From positions 1 through 40,902 of the IMG/VR virus record IMGVR_UViG_3300030606_000002: a stretch of 40,902 nucleotides of DNA, one strand, 5' to 3'. Position 1 is the first letter of the stretch; each line of letters opens with the position of its first letter. The position numbers were made by a program, and so were the translations under genes. Origin of the DNA: a virus. The notes below the pieces were generated by a model that saw only the letters and a list, made by a program, of their open reading frames with translations, ran no database searches and was not told the DNA's origin. Shown in pieces: positions 1-9,480 of the stretch.

Positions 1-127
1 TCGTCTCGCCGCGCCATCCGTTCTTGCTCTCGCCGCCGCCGGTCAGCAACTGCTTCCCGTAGCGCAGCGCCACCACCGCGGCGGCCGCACCGATCAGGAT
101 CGACTCCATCCAATCACGCGCGGAGAC
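1..127. repeat. Terminal direct repeat, copy 1 (identical to 40776..40902); circular-assembly overlap
   Basis: Bases 1-127 (tcgtctcgccgcgccatccg...cacgcgcggagac) recur exactly as the last 127 bases. The repeat lies inside a minus-strand ORF whose start codon is at 40884 (equivalent to position 109), so positions 1..109 duplicate the 5' end of that gene. Confidence 0.9.
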
Positions 128-308
128 CGCGTCACCCACCTGGAGCATCATCACGGCAACCGCTCAATCCTCACACAAGTCTCCACGGTGACCTGCGTTT
201 CGACGGCCCTTCCATCGTGGAGTACGCCCGTGGCCGGGTACGTCTCCCGGTGACACGGGATCCCCGTTGGATCCGTGCATCCGAGGCAGAGGAGTACGCC
301 GAGTCCCC

Positions 309-3212
309 TCAGTAGGCTTTCCAATCCGTCCCCGTTTCTGGCAACCGCACGTGTACGTGCGTCCCGGTCGCGACCGTCATTGAGGCACCGCCGTTGATCG
401 TATCGCTTCCGTTCGCCGTTGGTGTCACGTTCCCACCACTGAAGTTCACAACCATGATCTCGCGACCGCGGTAGGCGGCACCGATCGCGGGGAGGTTGAG
501 CACGGAGGCTCCGGATCCGCACTCGAGCACGTTGTCATCGTCGAGCACCGTATATGGGGAGCTCGTGACGGATGTGCCCTTGCGACCGAACATCCGCGTG
601 AACACGGCGCTCGTGTCGTAGGCTTGCCGGTCTCCACTGAACAACACGGTTGCGTCCGCGTCCGTCGTGGTCGTCCAGGGTGAGACGGCTCCGCTCTCAG
701 CACGCGCACGAACGCGCGTCTCCCACGTGTCGTTCGTGCCACCGATCCGCGAATCCCCTTGCACGGGGAAGATAAAGAGTTCCTCGACCCCGTTCGGGAC
801 AATGAAGGTATCAGACCATGGGTCCGAGCTGCTCTCGCGGAACTGCACCTCGTGATGCACAACACTGGGTGACGTGGAATCCGTCCAGGATATTTCCGCA
901 CGTGATCGGAAGAGGTCGACGGCGGGGTCGTGCCGAAACACCGCGTTATCGACAACGGCGAGACCGGTCGGTGCCGCGATCGTGACGTCGACCGTCCCCT
1001 GATTCTCCGCGCTGATGATGTCGTTGAGGTCGCGACCCCACACGACGAGTTGCCGCCCCCACATGTCGTTCACCTCGAGCACGACACCGTAGACCGCAAG
1101 CTCGCCCTTCAACTGCCGTGCGGGGTTGTTCGGGTCCTTGAGCGCCAACCGATCGGTCACGACCGTCACCGGATCCCCAGGCTCTAGCTCGGGATGCGCC
1201 CGCTCCGAGCTGAACGGGACGATGATCATCCCGGCGCCGAGCGTGTCCACGACGTTGAGCGCGACGTTCGTTGCCGTGGTCGCGTCCTGGACCCACTTCC
1301 CGAAGTCATCATCCGCCCGATCCTCGGGCTTGAGCGGGACGCGGCGGAAAGCCAGGAGACTCGGGCCGTGCGTGCGTACCAGAATGTCGTCGAACTCACC
1401 GCGCTCGGCGTTGTAATTGAACGGCACGACATACCGGGGCACCCGCTGTTGGTACCCCGGCGTGACGTTGCCCTGTGCGATCTCCTCGAGCGGGAAGAAC
1501 GCGACGATCCCGCGACGCTGGTGCACGTCCCGCGCGACGACGCGGCCCTGTGACGAGATCACCGTCATGCCCTGCGTGCGCGCGATTTGGTTCACCGCCT
1601 GTCGCACTTCCGATCGATCCAGGTCACGACTGACCTGCGTTGTGGACGTGACGCCCTCACCGCGGTGCCGCCCGGGCAACTCGCCCCATACGTCAATCAG
1701 GTCCTCGTAGATCGCTTTGTAGGTCGCAGGATTGTAGCTCGGGTGTTGCCACTCCCAGGAACCGCCACCGAGATCGACGGCCTTCGGGATCTCGGCATCA
1801 AGCAGCGCCAGCGGACACACGCAGTCGAAGACGAGCGCACCGCCTTCCCCATGCTGATCGAGAATCACGCCCTCCCAGCGCAGCATCCACGCGCTCCGCG
1901 GGAGATCGTCCGCGCCAACGAATACCCGGAAATACACTTCGCTGACGGTGAACTCGGCCGCGATCCGCGTCGCGAAGTCCTCCCAGTCCCGCACCCCGTC
2001 GCGCAGAATCCTGATCGTCACGTTCTCGGGTTGCCCCTCGAGCGTTTTGGGGTTGAACCCGGTTCCGCGCGTAACGACTTCGGCGGTCTCAGACACGTCG
2101 AGCGTCGTGATCTCCCGGATCCCCACTGCGCGCAGGATGGGTGTTAGATCTCCCGCACCGTTGGGGGTCAGCGTCACCCGGATACTGTACGTCTGCTTGG
2201 GCGTGACGCCGGCGAGATCATCGGTCGTGTCCCCGTCCGCGAACGCCACCCACGCAGTGTCCGCGTCGTTGCGCACCTCAGCGGTGACGGTTGTCCCCTC
2301 GGGCGTGTGGTCGAGCAGTGTGAACTCGACGACCGTGCCGGACGTGACCGCGGCACCGAGGTTGAACAGGTTGCCGCTCGACCACGTGATCGTTGCCGCC
2401 GAGTAGGAACCCGCCTCGATCTCGATCCGTGGCACGTCGAGTCCGGTCGACACGATGTCGTACGCACCGCTCTGGTTCGACGAGTCGGTGAGCTGCACCC
2501 CGCTCACCCCGATCGGTGAGCCGGTCGTGAGCGACCCGCCACCAGCCAGGAGTCCCGTGTTCGCCGCGAGCGACCCGTCAGCCTTGACGCCCCACACGAA
2601 CACGTACGTCACCGGGACCGGCGACTCAGACCCGACTGGATGCCATTGAAGTGGGCGCGGGAGAATGGTCGTGAAGTCGAACAGCACGTCGGCGGCGGCA
2701 CCGCCCGCCACCGCCGTCGCCGCTTCGCTGATCGGCGACAACTCATAGTACGTGGTGTCCGTACCGTCCTCGCCAACCTGTCGGGTCAGGGCCATGAGCA
2801 AACACTTCCACGTCACGACCTCTTGGCCCGCGCCCGTATCCGGATCGAGCTTCAGCGTGAGTCGTCGGACGGCCAGGTCGCTCGGTTGACTCCCCAGCCA
2901 GTCGATCCGCACCACGTCGTACGTGCCACCGCCGGGCGGACGGTTGAGATTGAGATGGGTTGTCGCGTCGGTCGTCGTCTGCTCGAGCACCGTACCCAAC
3001 GTGGTTGCGTCGAGGACAAGTCCCTGATCTGGCAGGTAGTCGAACCCGTTCGCGTCGGGATCGACGTCGGCCTCGTCCCATTGGTCGGTGCGTTGGCGGA
3101 TGTGCGCCTGCAACTCACCGTGCGCCTCGACGTAGAGTCGTGCGCGCATCGGGACGGACTCGACCCGTTCACGGAGGGCAGGGGAGTAGTTCGCTCTCAC
3201 GACGGCACCCAC
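309..3212 (-). CDS. Large distal tail protein: tail fibre / host-specificity protein
   Basis: A 967-aa ORF, the last and largest gene of the tail module. It has an FN3-like segment (EISWTDSTSPSVVHHEVQF...GAVSPW) near the C-terminus. The start is GTG 3212 or GTG 3200 (GTGA overlap with the upstream stop). Confidence 0.6.
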   Translation of the reverse strand: MGAVVRANYSPALRERVESVPMRARLYVEAHGELQAHIRQRTDQWDEADVDPDANGFDYLPDQGLVLDATTLGTVLEQTTTDATTHLNLNRPPGGGTYDVVRIDWLGSQPSDLAVRRLTLKLDPDTGAGQEVVTWKCLLMALTRQVGEDGTDTTYYELSPISEAATAVAGGAAADVLFDFTTILPRPLQWHPVGSESPVPVTYVFVWGVKADGSLAANTGLLAGGGSLTTGSPIGVSGVQLTDSSNQSGAYDIVSTGLDVPRIEIEAGSYSAATITWSSGNLFNLGAAVTSGTVVEFTLLDHTPEGTTVTAEVRNDADTAWVAFADGDTTDDLAGVTPKQTYSIRVTLTPNGAGDLTPILRAVGIREITTLDVSETAEVVTRGTGFNPKTLEGQPENVTIRILRDGVRDWEDFATRIAAEFTVSEVYFRVFVGADDLPRSAWMLRWEGVILDQHGEGGALVFDCVCPLALLDAEIPKAVDLGGGSWEWQHPSYNPATYKAIYEDLIDVWGELPGRHRGEGVTSTTQVSRDLDRSEVRQAVNQIARTQGMTVISSQGRVVARDVHQRRGIVAFFPLEEIAQGNVTPGYQQRVPRYVVPFNYNAERGEFDDILVRTHGPSLLAFRRVPLKPEDRADDDFGKWVQDATTATNVALNVVDTLGAGMIIVPFSSERAHPELEPGDPVTVVTDRLALKDPNNPARQLKGELAVYGVVLEVNDMWGRQLVVWGRDLNDIISAENQGTVDVTIAAPTGLAVVDNAVFRHDPAVDLFRSRAEISWTDSTSPSVVHHEVQFRESSSDPWSDTFIVPNGVEELFIFPVQGDSRIGGTNDTWETRVRARAESGAVSPWTTTTDADATVLFSGDRQAYDTSAVFTRMFGRKGTSVTSSPYTVLDDDNVLECGSGASVLNLPAIGAAYRGREIMVVNFSGGNVTPTANGSDTINGGASMTVATGTHVHVRLPETGTDWKAY

Positions 3213-4519
3213 CCGCGAAAGTCGTCGAGCGAGAACCGCGTTCCACGGGCAACCATGAGCGCGCGTAGGGCAGTAAACGTGCTCAGAGAACCAAAGCGAC
3301 TACCAATGGAAATGGTCTGTGCTGTCCATGCGGATGCAAGACTGTTTGCGCCACTCACTGTACCGACGACCTCAGCCGTGCTGTTCTTTGCACAGCCGAT
3401 CTGAACTGATCCGTCCGCGTTGATGAGTGCCCGTAACTCAATCCGATCGCGGAAGGACGGGTCCACGTCAACGGTGCTCGTGACGTCCCCGGCACTGTTG
3501 CCGTGTAGAATCCTGTAACTGTCGCTTCCTCCGAGGCCGTACACAAGAAGTCGTGGACGGTTTTCGTTATTCGCACCAATCACGACGTGTCGGGCATCGT
3601 CCCAGTTCGGCCCGGCAAGGTTCTGAAAGTCCAAGTAAACCGTCATCTCCTGTGGCGGTGCGAGAAACGTCGCGCTCAAACTGTCCGCGTTCCGCGTGAC
3701 CGCCGCAGTCGTGGTCTTGATGTAGGACGAGGAAAAGTTCGCACTGTTCTCGAACTGCGCGCCCCAAATCCCGAGGGCCGAGGCCCCATCGCCGGTGTAC
3801 GTCAGCGTGTTATCCGCGCTCGCGAGGCATACGTCACCGTTGATGGCCGTGGCGGCAGAGCCGATCGACCCGACGAGTGTGCATCGATACCACCCGCTCG
3901 CCAAAGTTTCCACTGTCGCCCGCACGAACGCGGCAGTCCCACCAGCGGACGTCGTACCGATGACCCCGGTATTCACGTTGAAGAACGCCTGGACCGAGTT
4001 ACCTCCTCCCGAGTCGATCAGTCTCAACACTATCCAGTTCCGGCCTTCGCCTGTGTCCTTCGCGAAGACCGACAGCGCGTAGGTCGCATCTGCTGTCGCC
4101 GTCACGCCCTGCCGGACGAAGTGCACACCAGTCGACGTGTCTTCCAGTAACCGTTCGGCGGTCATCGTTCCGTCTGGCGCGGTGAACTGCTCATCTACAA
4201 CCGACGCAAGCAGCTTCGACCACGCCACGTTGTCGAAGCCCTCGGACCATAGGAAGAGGTTCGCTCGTGTCCCCTCCAACAGTACGTGGAGGACACGAGA
4301 GCCGTCCACGAGCGGGAAGTGGGGGCGCATCACGCCGGATGCGGCTAACCGGAGAACCCCATCACGATCGACGTAACTCGCCGTGCCCGTGCGAGTGAAC
4401 GTCTCGATGAGTTCCTCGCCGCCGAACCGTGGCGTCTGCGTGCGACGAAGGAAGACGCCGTACTTCTCAAGAGCGGCGCCGCCCCCATAAAACAGCACGT
4501 CGCGTTCGTGGAGCGTCAT
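3197..4519 (-). CDS. Tail fibre / receptor-binding protein with a concanavalin-A/LamG-like lectin domain
   Basis: A 440-aa ORF with an ATGA overlap to the upstream gene. The motif string ANLFLWSEGFDNVAWSK...TAPDGTMTAERL...SGWYRCTL resembles the jelly-roll domain common in phage fibres. It sits in the tail module. Confidence 0.5.
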   Translation of the reverse strand: MTLHERDVLFYGGGAALEKYGVFLRRTQTPRFGGEELIETFTRTGTASYVDRDGVLRLAASGVMRPHFPLVDGSRVLHVLLEGTRANLFLWSEGFDNVAWSKLLASVVDEQFTAPDGTMTAERLLEDTSTGVHFVRQGVTATADATYALSVFAKDTGEGRNWIVLRLIDSGGGNSVQAFFNVNTGVIGTTSAGGTAAFVRATVETLASGWYRCTLVGSIGSAATAINGDVCLASADNTLTYTGDGASALGIWGAQFENSANFSSSYIKTTTAAVTRNADSLSATFLAPPQEMTVYLDFQNLAGPNWDDARHVVIGANNENRPRLLVYGLGGSDSYRILHGNSAGDVTSTVDVDPSFRDRIELRALINADGSVQIGCAKNSTAEVVGTVSGANSLASAWTAQTISIGSRFGSLSTFTALRALMVARGTRFSLDDFRGWVPS

Positions 4520-5358
4520 CCAAGCCTCCGCTTCGGCGCGCTCTCAACGAACGGGATTTCACCCTGGCGCCATGGATAGTCACTCGGCTGCGGGAAGCCC
4601 AATTGCCCGCCAGCACGCACCACCTGGTACGCATAGTTAGCTTGCGCATCATCGAAACAAATCCACATCGGATGTCCGTCACCGAATTGACCGAGCAGGT
4701 GGTACCGCACCTGGTCATACTCGGCATGGTTGAGGTTGTAGTGAATGGTCCCCTGTCGCGGGCGGTACACCTGACCGCGACTCATCCAACCTGACGGCAC
4801 CTGCGTCTCCTCGACCATGAGCGCGTCCGTCTCGTCATCAAGCGGTGCCTCGAAGTATTCGGGTGAGAACGACAGCCCGATGTGTAGACCAACTATATTC
4901 GGCAGGAGTCCCGCACCCATCGCGTCAATCTGGAACTCGACGGCTTTGCCGACTCGAACCGGGAAACGCTTCAGCCAGGCCCCTTCCTCCGTCCGCACGC
5001 CGAGCGGATCATCGATGTCCCCGGGAACGGATACCGAGGGGAGAGTGAGATCGAAGGCGGTCTCGTACGTGCCCGTGAAGTCTGTCGCGTCGTTCGTGAC
5101 CTTCAGGTCCACGCCGATGCCCTTGAGGTTGTGGCCGCGGTCGAGACCAACGAAATCCAAGGCGCGCAGTCGATCGAAGACGCACCGGATCCACGTCGCG
5201 CTGTTGGTCGTTGTCGGACGCCAGTGATTCCCCTCACTGCGCCGACCGTTTGCGATACTCGCGACTGGGAACCCCGTCGCCTCTTCCTCGGCGGTGAGGA
5301 CATGCAGCGGAAACTGGTGAACACTGAGAAGGTTTTCGACAGCGAGGATGGGAGCCAT
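4516..5358 (-). CDS. Distal tail / baseplate protein (called from position)
   Basis: A 280-aa ORF immediately downstream of the tape measure gene, the usual Dit position. No motif recognised. Confidence 0.4.
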   Translation of the reverse strand: MAPILAVENLLSVHQFPLHVLTAEEEATGFPVASIANGRRSEGNHWRPTTTNSATWIRCVFDRLRALDFVGLDRGHNLKGIGVDLKVTNDATDFTGTYETAFDLTLPSVSVPGDIDDPLGVRTEEGAWLKRFPVRVGKAVEFQIDAMGAGLLPNIVGLHIGLSFSPEYFEAPLDDETDALMVEETQVPSGWMSRGQVYRPRQGTIHYNLNHAEYDQVRYHLLGQFGDGHPMWICFDDAQANYAYQVVRAGGQLGFPQPSDYPWRQGEIPFVESAPKRRLG

Positions 5359-7140
5359 CTAGCCCCCGAAGCTCGTGCCGAAGGGAACGGGCGCAGATTT
5401 GCCGAGTCGCGTCCGTCGGCCGAGCTCGAACTCAATCTCGCGAATGACCTCCCCCGTCTGTGGCGCAACGAGCTGGTTGGTGACCCTGAGCGGGCCTTGG
5501 ATGTCGGCAATCGCTTGGCCAATATCTCTTGGGTTGACGACGCGCACGCCAACATCCCCGCCATCTCTCCCCGGTGAGGACAACGCACTGACCAGCCCAC
5601 CGCCGGCGAGCAACGCGGCGCCCGCCAGCGGGTTGACCGCACCAATGACGCCACCCGCAATGCTCGCGAGTGAGCCGAGCACGCCGAAGAACCCGCCGCC
5701 CTGCGTGCCTCGGATGATCCCGATCAGCGCCGTCGCTGCGCCCGCGAGGGACTGCACGAGCTGGGCTGTCGCACGTTGCTCCAATCGTTTGATGCGCCCC
5801 AACTCCGCAGACGTCTTTGCCTGGTCCTCCATCTCCTTCGCGACATCACGGGTTGCTTCCGTCACCTTGTCCCAGTCGGGCAATCGGAGATCCAGCGCGC
5901 CTTGCCCGATCAACAGGCCCGCCGGCGTCGGAGAGAACCCGTGCCCGAGTCGCGTGCGCGAGCCAGGGAGTACCGTCCCACCGGCGGACGGTGCCGCCCC
6001 TGGTGCGGCGGCGGCCGCTGTCTCAGCAACGGAACGGTTGAACTGCGCCAATCTCGTATCTGCGAGATCGAGTAGACGCGTCACCGCGTCGAGTTCTTCC
6101 TGCAAGTCCCTCAACTCGCGATCGGTATCCCCAAACTCAAGGTCCTGCTGTGTACGCTCCCGTCCTTGTAATGCCTGCTGCTGCGCAAGGAGCCGCTCAC
6201 GGTTCGACTGCAACCCGCGTCGGAGAATGGGCAGGGACTGAGGTGTCGCACGTTCGATTGACTCACGCTGGCCCGCAAAAGCCGCGTTCTCGCCGCCGAA
6301 CGCCAGGAACCCCACGTTCGCCAACTCGGACATCGTCTTCGCGGCCGCGGCCGCCGCCGGCGTGATGTTCTCGAGAATCGTCAGGATCGTGGTGAGCGTC
6401 GGCAGGAGCTGCGCCGAAAAGTCATCGATGATGTCCTGCCACCGTGCCCGGAGCTGACGAGCCTTGTTCGCAGCCGAATCCGACGTCCGAGCCAGGTCAC
6501 CAACCGCGACACCAGCGCGCTCGGTGATAAGAGCCAGCCGGGCCTGGATCCGATCTTCTTCGGTCAGTTGCTTGACGAGTTTCTTGCCGGTATCCGTCAG
6601 CGCCCGCTTGTCCACCTCAGCCGCCTTGATGACGATCCCGACGCGCTTCAGTCGTTCGAACTCACCGGTCAACCCCGAGTTGATGATCTCCAGCCCCTCG
6701 GCGGTGCCGCCCGCCAAGTTGTTGAACGACGCGATATCACCACCAAGCCGTGCTACCTGGATCGCCGTCTGCGCGGCCTGGTCCGCCGTCTGTCCCATCC
6801 CGAGCGCCATCGCGCCCGTCGTGGCGGTGAGTTCCTGCGCCTGACGACGAGTAATCCCCGCCATCGTCGCGAAGTCGGAGAGGAACGCGTTGACCGTCTC
6901 ACGCGCAGCCCCGAACGTCGTCTCGAATTTGCTGCGCGTTTCTCCAACCGCGGCGCCCAGTTCGAAGAGTTTGCGACCGACGAACGCGATACCAGTAGCC
7001 GTAGCCGCGACCGCCGCGAAGGCCGTCGCGAGACCACGGGCCGAGATGCCCACCTTCTGGAGTGTGCCCGTGACGCCGCGCAGGACGCGCGTCGCCAGAT
7101 CCTTGGCTAGGACGAGGATCGTCAGCCGATCTTCAGCCAC
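5359..7140 (-). CDS. Tail tape measure protein
   Basis: A 593-aa Ala/Gly/Leu-rich helical protein. The N-terminal block (GISARGLATAFAAVAATATGIAFVG...TFGAARETVNAFL...MAGITRRQAQELTATTGAMALGMG...IASFNN) is typical of the TMP core. It follows the frameshifted chaperone pair. GTG start. Confidence 0.8.
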   Translation of the reverse strand: MAEDRLTILVLAKDLATRVLRGVTGTLQKVGISARGLATAFAAVAATATGIAFVGRKLFELGAAVGETRSKFETTFGAARETVNAFLSDFATMAGITRRQAQELTATTGAMALGMGQTADQAAQTAIQVARLGGDIASFNNLAGGTAEGLEIINSGLTGEFERLKRVGIVIKAAEVDKRALTDTGKKLVKQLTEEDRIQARLALITERAGVAVGDLARTSDSAANKARQLRARWQDIIDDFSAQLLPTLTTILTILENITPAAAAAAKTMSELANVGFLAFGGENAAFAGQRESIERATPQSLPILRRGLQSNRERLLAQQQALQGRERTQQDLEFGDTDRELRDLQEELDAVTRLLDLADTRLAQFNRSVAETAAAAAPGAAPSAGGTVLPGSRTRLGHGFSPTPAGLLIGQGALDLRLPDWDKVTEATRDVAKEMEDQAKTSAELGRIKRLEQRATAQLVQSLAGAATALIGIIRGTQGGGFFGVLGSLASIAGGVIGAVNPLAGAALLAGGGLVSALSSPGRDGGDVGVRVVNPRDIGQAIADIQGPLRVTNQLVAPQTGEVIREIEFELGRRTRLGKSAPVPFGTSFGG

Positions 7141-7899
7141 GACGGTCCTCCGAGATCTGATCGAACCGTCGAAGCGCGGCCACCCGTTGTTCGGGGGTCA
7201 GTCCCGGAAGCGCCCCGATCGATCGCTGAGTCTCGCGTATCCGATCCTCATCCCACAACGCGCTATCCGCGTCGCTCAGCGCGTGACGTGCCGAACGTTC
7301 CATCCGCTCCATCGCTTGCGTCTTCCCCCACGCGGCGTACGCCGTGTATCGTGCCTGGTGGTAGCGCCGCATCAGTTCGTCCGCCTCGAGACGCTCGACG
7401 GTGCCGGCGAGTCGCCAGAACCGTCGCCAGAGGATCCGTCCATCTCGGAATTCCCCGGGGAGCCAGTGACAGACTCGTCCGACGATGGGGGTAACCCAGT
7501 CACCGACGAGGCGCCGTTCGGTCTGCTTCCCCCGGCGACGGCGCGTGACCACTGACCGAGGGATGCCGCAAAACCCTGATACAACTCCTGGAGGATCCGC
7601 AGTCGCGTCGGGATTGTGAGCCGGCGCAGCGCTCCCCGAACAGCGAACCGACCCAACCAGTTCGGGGACCCAACGAAGTCCGCATACCGCAGCAACGCGT
7701 CGGTCATGCGCTCCACGTACGCGGGTAACTCCATCCGCTTGGCGGCGTAGTCCCCGTTGATGCGCTCGCATTCGTCCGCCGTGCGTAACGCGCGTTCGAA
7801 CGTCGGCGACTTGATGCGGATGGGGCGACCACCGATGCGCAACTCGATCGGCTCCACATCCGTCGCCCACGAGTCGAGGTCAATCACTATGCGTGCCAT
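7133..7899 (-). CDS. Tail assembly chaperone fusion (GT-like), made by a -1 programmed frameshift at 7459..7453
   Basis: The zero frame reads TCC CCG GGG AAT (SPGN). A slip on C_CCG_GGG gives CCC GGG GAA TTC (PGEF...), which joins the ORF that ends at 7133, 8 nt inside the TMP start. The frame arithmetic (codon phase 0 to 1 on the minus strand) is a -1 shift. Confidence 0.6.
7372..7899 (-). CDS. Tail assembly chaperone (G-like, zero-frame product)
   Basis: ATG at 7899 preceded by GGGAG. The longer track ORF (to 8076) overlaps the upstream gene and its extension is rejected. The position between the tail tube gene and TMP fits. It contains a slippery site leading into the overlapping -1 frame. 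Confidence 0.65.
   Translation of the reverse strand: MARIVIDLDSWATDVEPIELRIGGRPIRIKSPTFERALRTADECERINGDYAAKRMELPAYVERMTDALLRYADFVGSPNWLGRFAVRGALRRLTIPTRLRILQELYQGFAASLGQWSRAVAGGSRPNGASSVTGLPPSSDESVTGSPGNSEMDGSSGDGSGDSPAPSSVSRRTN
7453..7459 (-). other. Slippery heptamer C CCG GGG (X XXY YYZ) for the -1 frameshift
   Basis: Plus strand ttccccgggg at 7451-7460. On the minus strand, in the G frame, it reads tCC CCG GGG. Confidence 0.6.
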
Positions 7900-7907
7900 G
7901 ACACTCC

Positions 7908-8396
7908 CTAGAGAGGACTGTTGAGGGCGTTGCGAATGTGATCGTACAGGGGACCGATCGCGACGGCCGTCCGTTGGCCCCGTCGACCAAAGCGCAGCAC
8001 CGTGCGGCGGTACCACTTGCGACCGGAGCGGAAGCCCGACGGATAGTTGGCGCCCCACTCGAAGCCACCACGCCACACCCGCTCAATGTGCTTCGGGCCG
8101 TGCTCGACGTAGTCACGGTACAGCTGACCGCTCCAGAAGTTAGGGTCAGCACCACCGCCACTACGCGCGTAATAACCCCACGCCATGCGTCGCGCCTTGC
8201 GGGTTCGTGGCCGCAGTCGCCGCCACCGCTTCCCGCTGTGCGTTCCGCCCGAGTCGAAGGTGAGTTTGACGTGTCGCTCGAGGTTACGGATGCTCTCGCG
8301 GTAGGCTGGGGTGGGGTCGCGGATAGCATCGATCACCTTCGCCACCCGCGCTTGCACTGCCTGGAGGCCCTGGAACCGTGTGCTCAGATCGAGCAT
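7908..8396 (-). CDS. Hypothetical virion protein, possibly a Mu-G-like tail completion / virion morphogenesis protein
   Basis: A 162-aa basic ORF between the major tail gene and the chaperones. The segment FDSGG...GKRWRRLRPRTRKAR...FWSGQLYRDY loosely recalls virion-morphogenesis proteins. Confidence 0.3.
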   Translation of the reverse strand: MLDLSTRFQGLQAVQARVAKVIDAIRDPTPAYRESIRNLERHVKLTFDSGGTHSGKRWRRLRPRTRKARRMAWGYYARSGGGADPNFWSGQLYRDYVEHGPKHIERVWRGGFEWGANYPSGFRSGRKWYRRTVLRFGRRGQRTAVAIGPLYDHIRNALNSPL

Positions 8397-8399
8397 CCA

Positions 8400-9371
8400 T
8401 CAGTCGGATGTGACGCGGAACCACGTTCCGCTCGCGGGACGTGCAAACCGCAGGTTGATCGGACTGTAGTAGACCATCCCGTTATTCGACCGGAGCGGGA
8501 GGGCCTCGGCTGGATCGTACTCGACGTGATCCCCCTCGAGGAGGTACTGGTTCGTTGCCGTGTTCCCCAACCGCTGAGAGAAAGCCAACGCCGTCTGTGG
8601 AGCTGTCTGCCGGACGAACGGGTCATGTGTCGCTAGCGCCACGACCTCGGGCGGGAAGGAGATGCGTGGGTTGACCTGCGTGACAATCCCATGTAGCAGT
8701 CCCGACGCCTGGTTGCGGTCGATGCGCCACGGCCGCGCCGCCACCCCGAAGTCGAGATCGAACTCCTCATACACCATCACCGTGGCTCCAACGGTGAAGG
8801 CTCCCGTGAACGGAGCCGGCGTCACTCCCTGCGCACCGAACGTCTGAGACTCGAGCGCTTGCTCCGTCGGGCTCGCCTGGAGTATCCCCGCGAGCGTCGC
8901 GCGAACGATGACCCGTGCCTCGTCCGGCGAACCCACCATCCGCAGACTCTCCGGCACCGCGCCACGGATCGTGACCTGCTTGTTCGCGTGCTGAATGAGC
9001 AACGACAACGACTTCTTCTGGGACGCCGCCGGGACGTATTGCACGTTGGTCGCGCCGTTGATCGTCTCTGACATGAACGTCTGGAGGAGGCGGCCCCAGC
9101 GCGGTGGCGTATCGACCGCACCAGACCCGACGAGTTCCGTCGCGATCGTTACCCGACCGTACTGGCCGAGAGGCTTGGCACTGGGCGGGACGCCGTACCC
9201 GCCGACAGCAACACCGTCACGACCGCCAGGGAGGACGTAGCCGATCTCGACTTCAGGTTCCTCGGCCAACCGCAATGCGTCGTCCGCCATCGTCGGTGTC
9301 GCGTATGTCCCCGCAGTGGATTCCACCTTGACGGCGAACCCGTAATTCACATTCAGCTCAGGATTCGCCAT
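8400..9371 (-). CDS. Major tail (tube) protein (called from position)
   Basis: A 323-aa ORF upstream of the chaperone/TMP block and downstream of the connector genes. Strong coding appearance. Confidence 0.5.
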   Translation of the reverse strand: MANPELNVNYGFAVKVESTAGTYATPTMADDALRLAEEPEVEIGYVLPGGRDGVAVGGYGVPPSAKPLGQYGRVTIATELVGSGAVDTPPRWGRLLQTFMSETINGATNVQYVPAASQKKSLSLLIQHANKQVTIRGAVPESLRMVGSPDEARVIVRATLAGILQASPTEQALESQTFGAQGVTPAPFTGAFTVGATVMVYEEFDLDFGVAARPWRIDRNQASGLLHGIVTQVNPRISFPPEVVALATHDPFVRQTAPQTALAFSQRLGNTATNQYLLEGDHVEYDPAEALPLRSNNGMVYYSPINLRFARPASGTWFRVTSD

Positions 9372-9480
9372 CGTCCTTTACCTCTTTCGGTGGCCGTGAC
9401 GGCTTCCGCTTGGCGGCTTCCTGCTCGCGTTCTTCTGCGAGCACCGCGTCCGGTTTCCACGTGCCGGCGGTCTCACTCAT
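9358..9480 (-). CDS. Small 40-aa ORF not in the supplied track (MSETAGTWKPDAVLAEEREQEAAKRKPSRPPKEVKDDGES)
   Basis: It fills the 105-nt gap between two tail genes. Its ATG overlaps the upstream stop (ATGA at 9477-9480) and its end overlaps the major tail start by 14 nt. Confidence 0.3.
   Translation of the reverse strand: MSETAGTWKPDAVLAEEREQEAAKRKPSRPPKEVKDDGES

Noticed and set aside
164-280. A 38-aa ORF (MHGSNGDPVSPGDVPGHGRTPRWKGRRNAGHRGDLCED) between the tail fibre gene and the lysis cassette.
   Set aside because: The composition is Arg/Gly-rich and there is no RBS. The ORF spans two hairpins that explain the region better as transcript-end or regulatory structure.
151-3404. Many overlapping alternative-frame and antisense ORFs in the supplied track. 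Examples are 151..522, 446..955, 1587..2147(+), 2640..3404(+), and later 5375..6241(+), 14538..15548(+), 15425..16141(+), 38381..39427(+), 40122..40736(+).
   Set aside because: They lie inside, or antisense to, strongly supported genes. Their products are Arg/Pro/Ser/Gly-rich with no motifs, as expected from open off-frames in GC-rich DNA. They have no RBS or coupling context.
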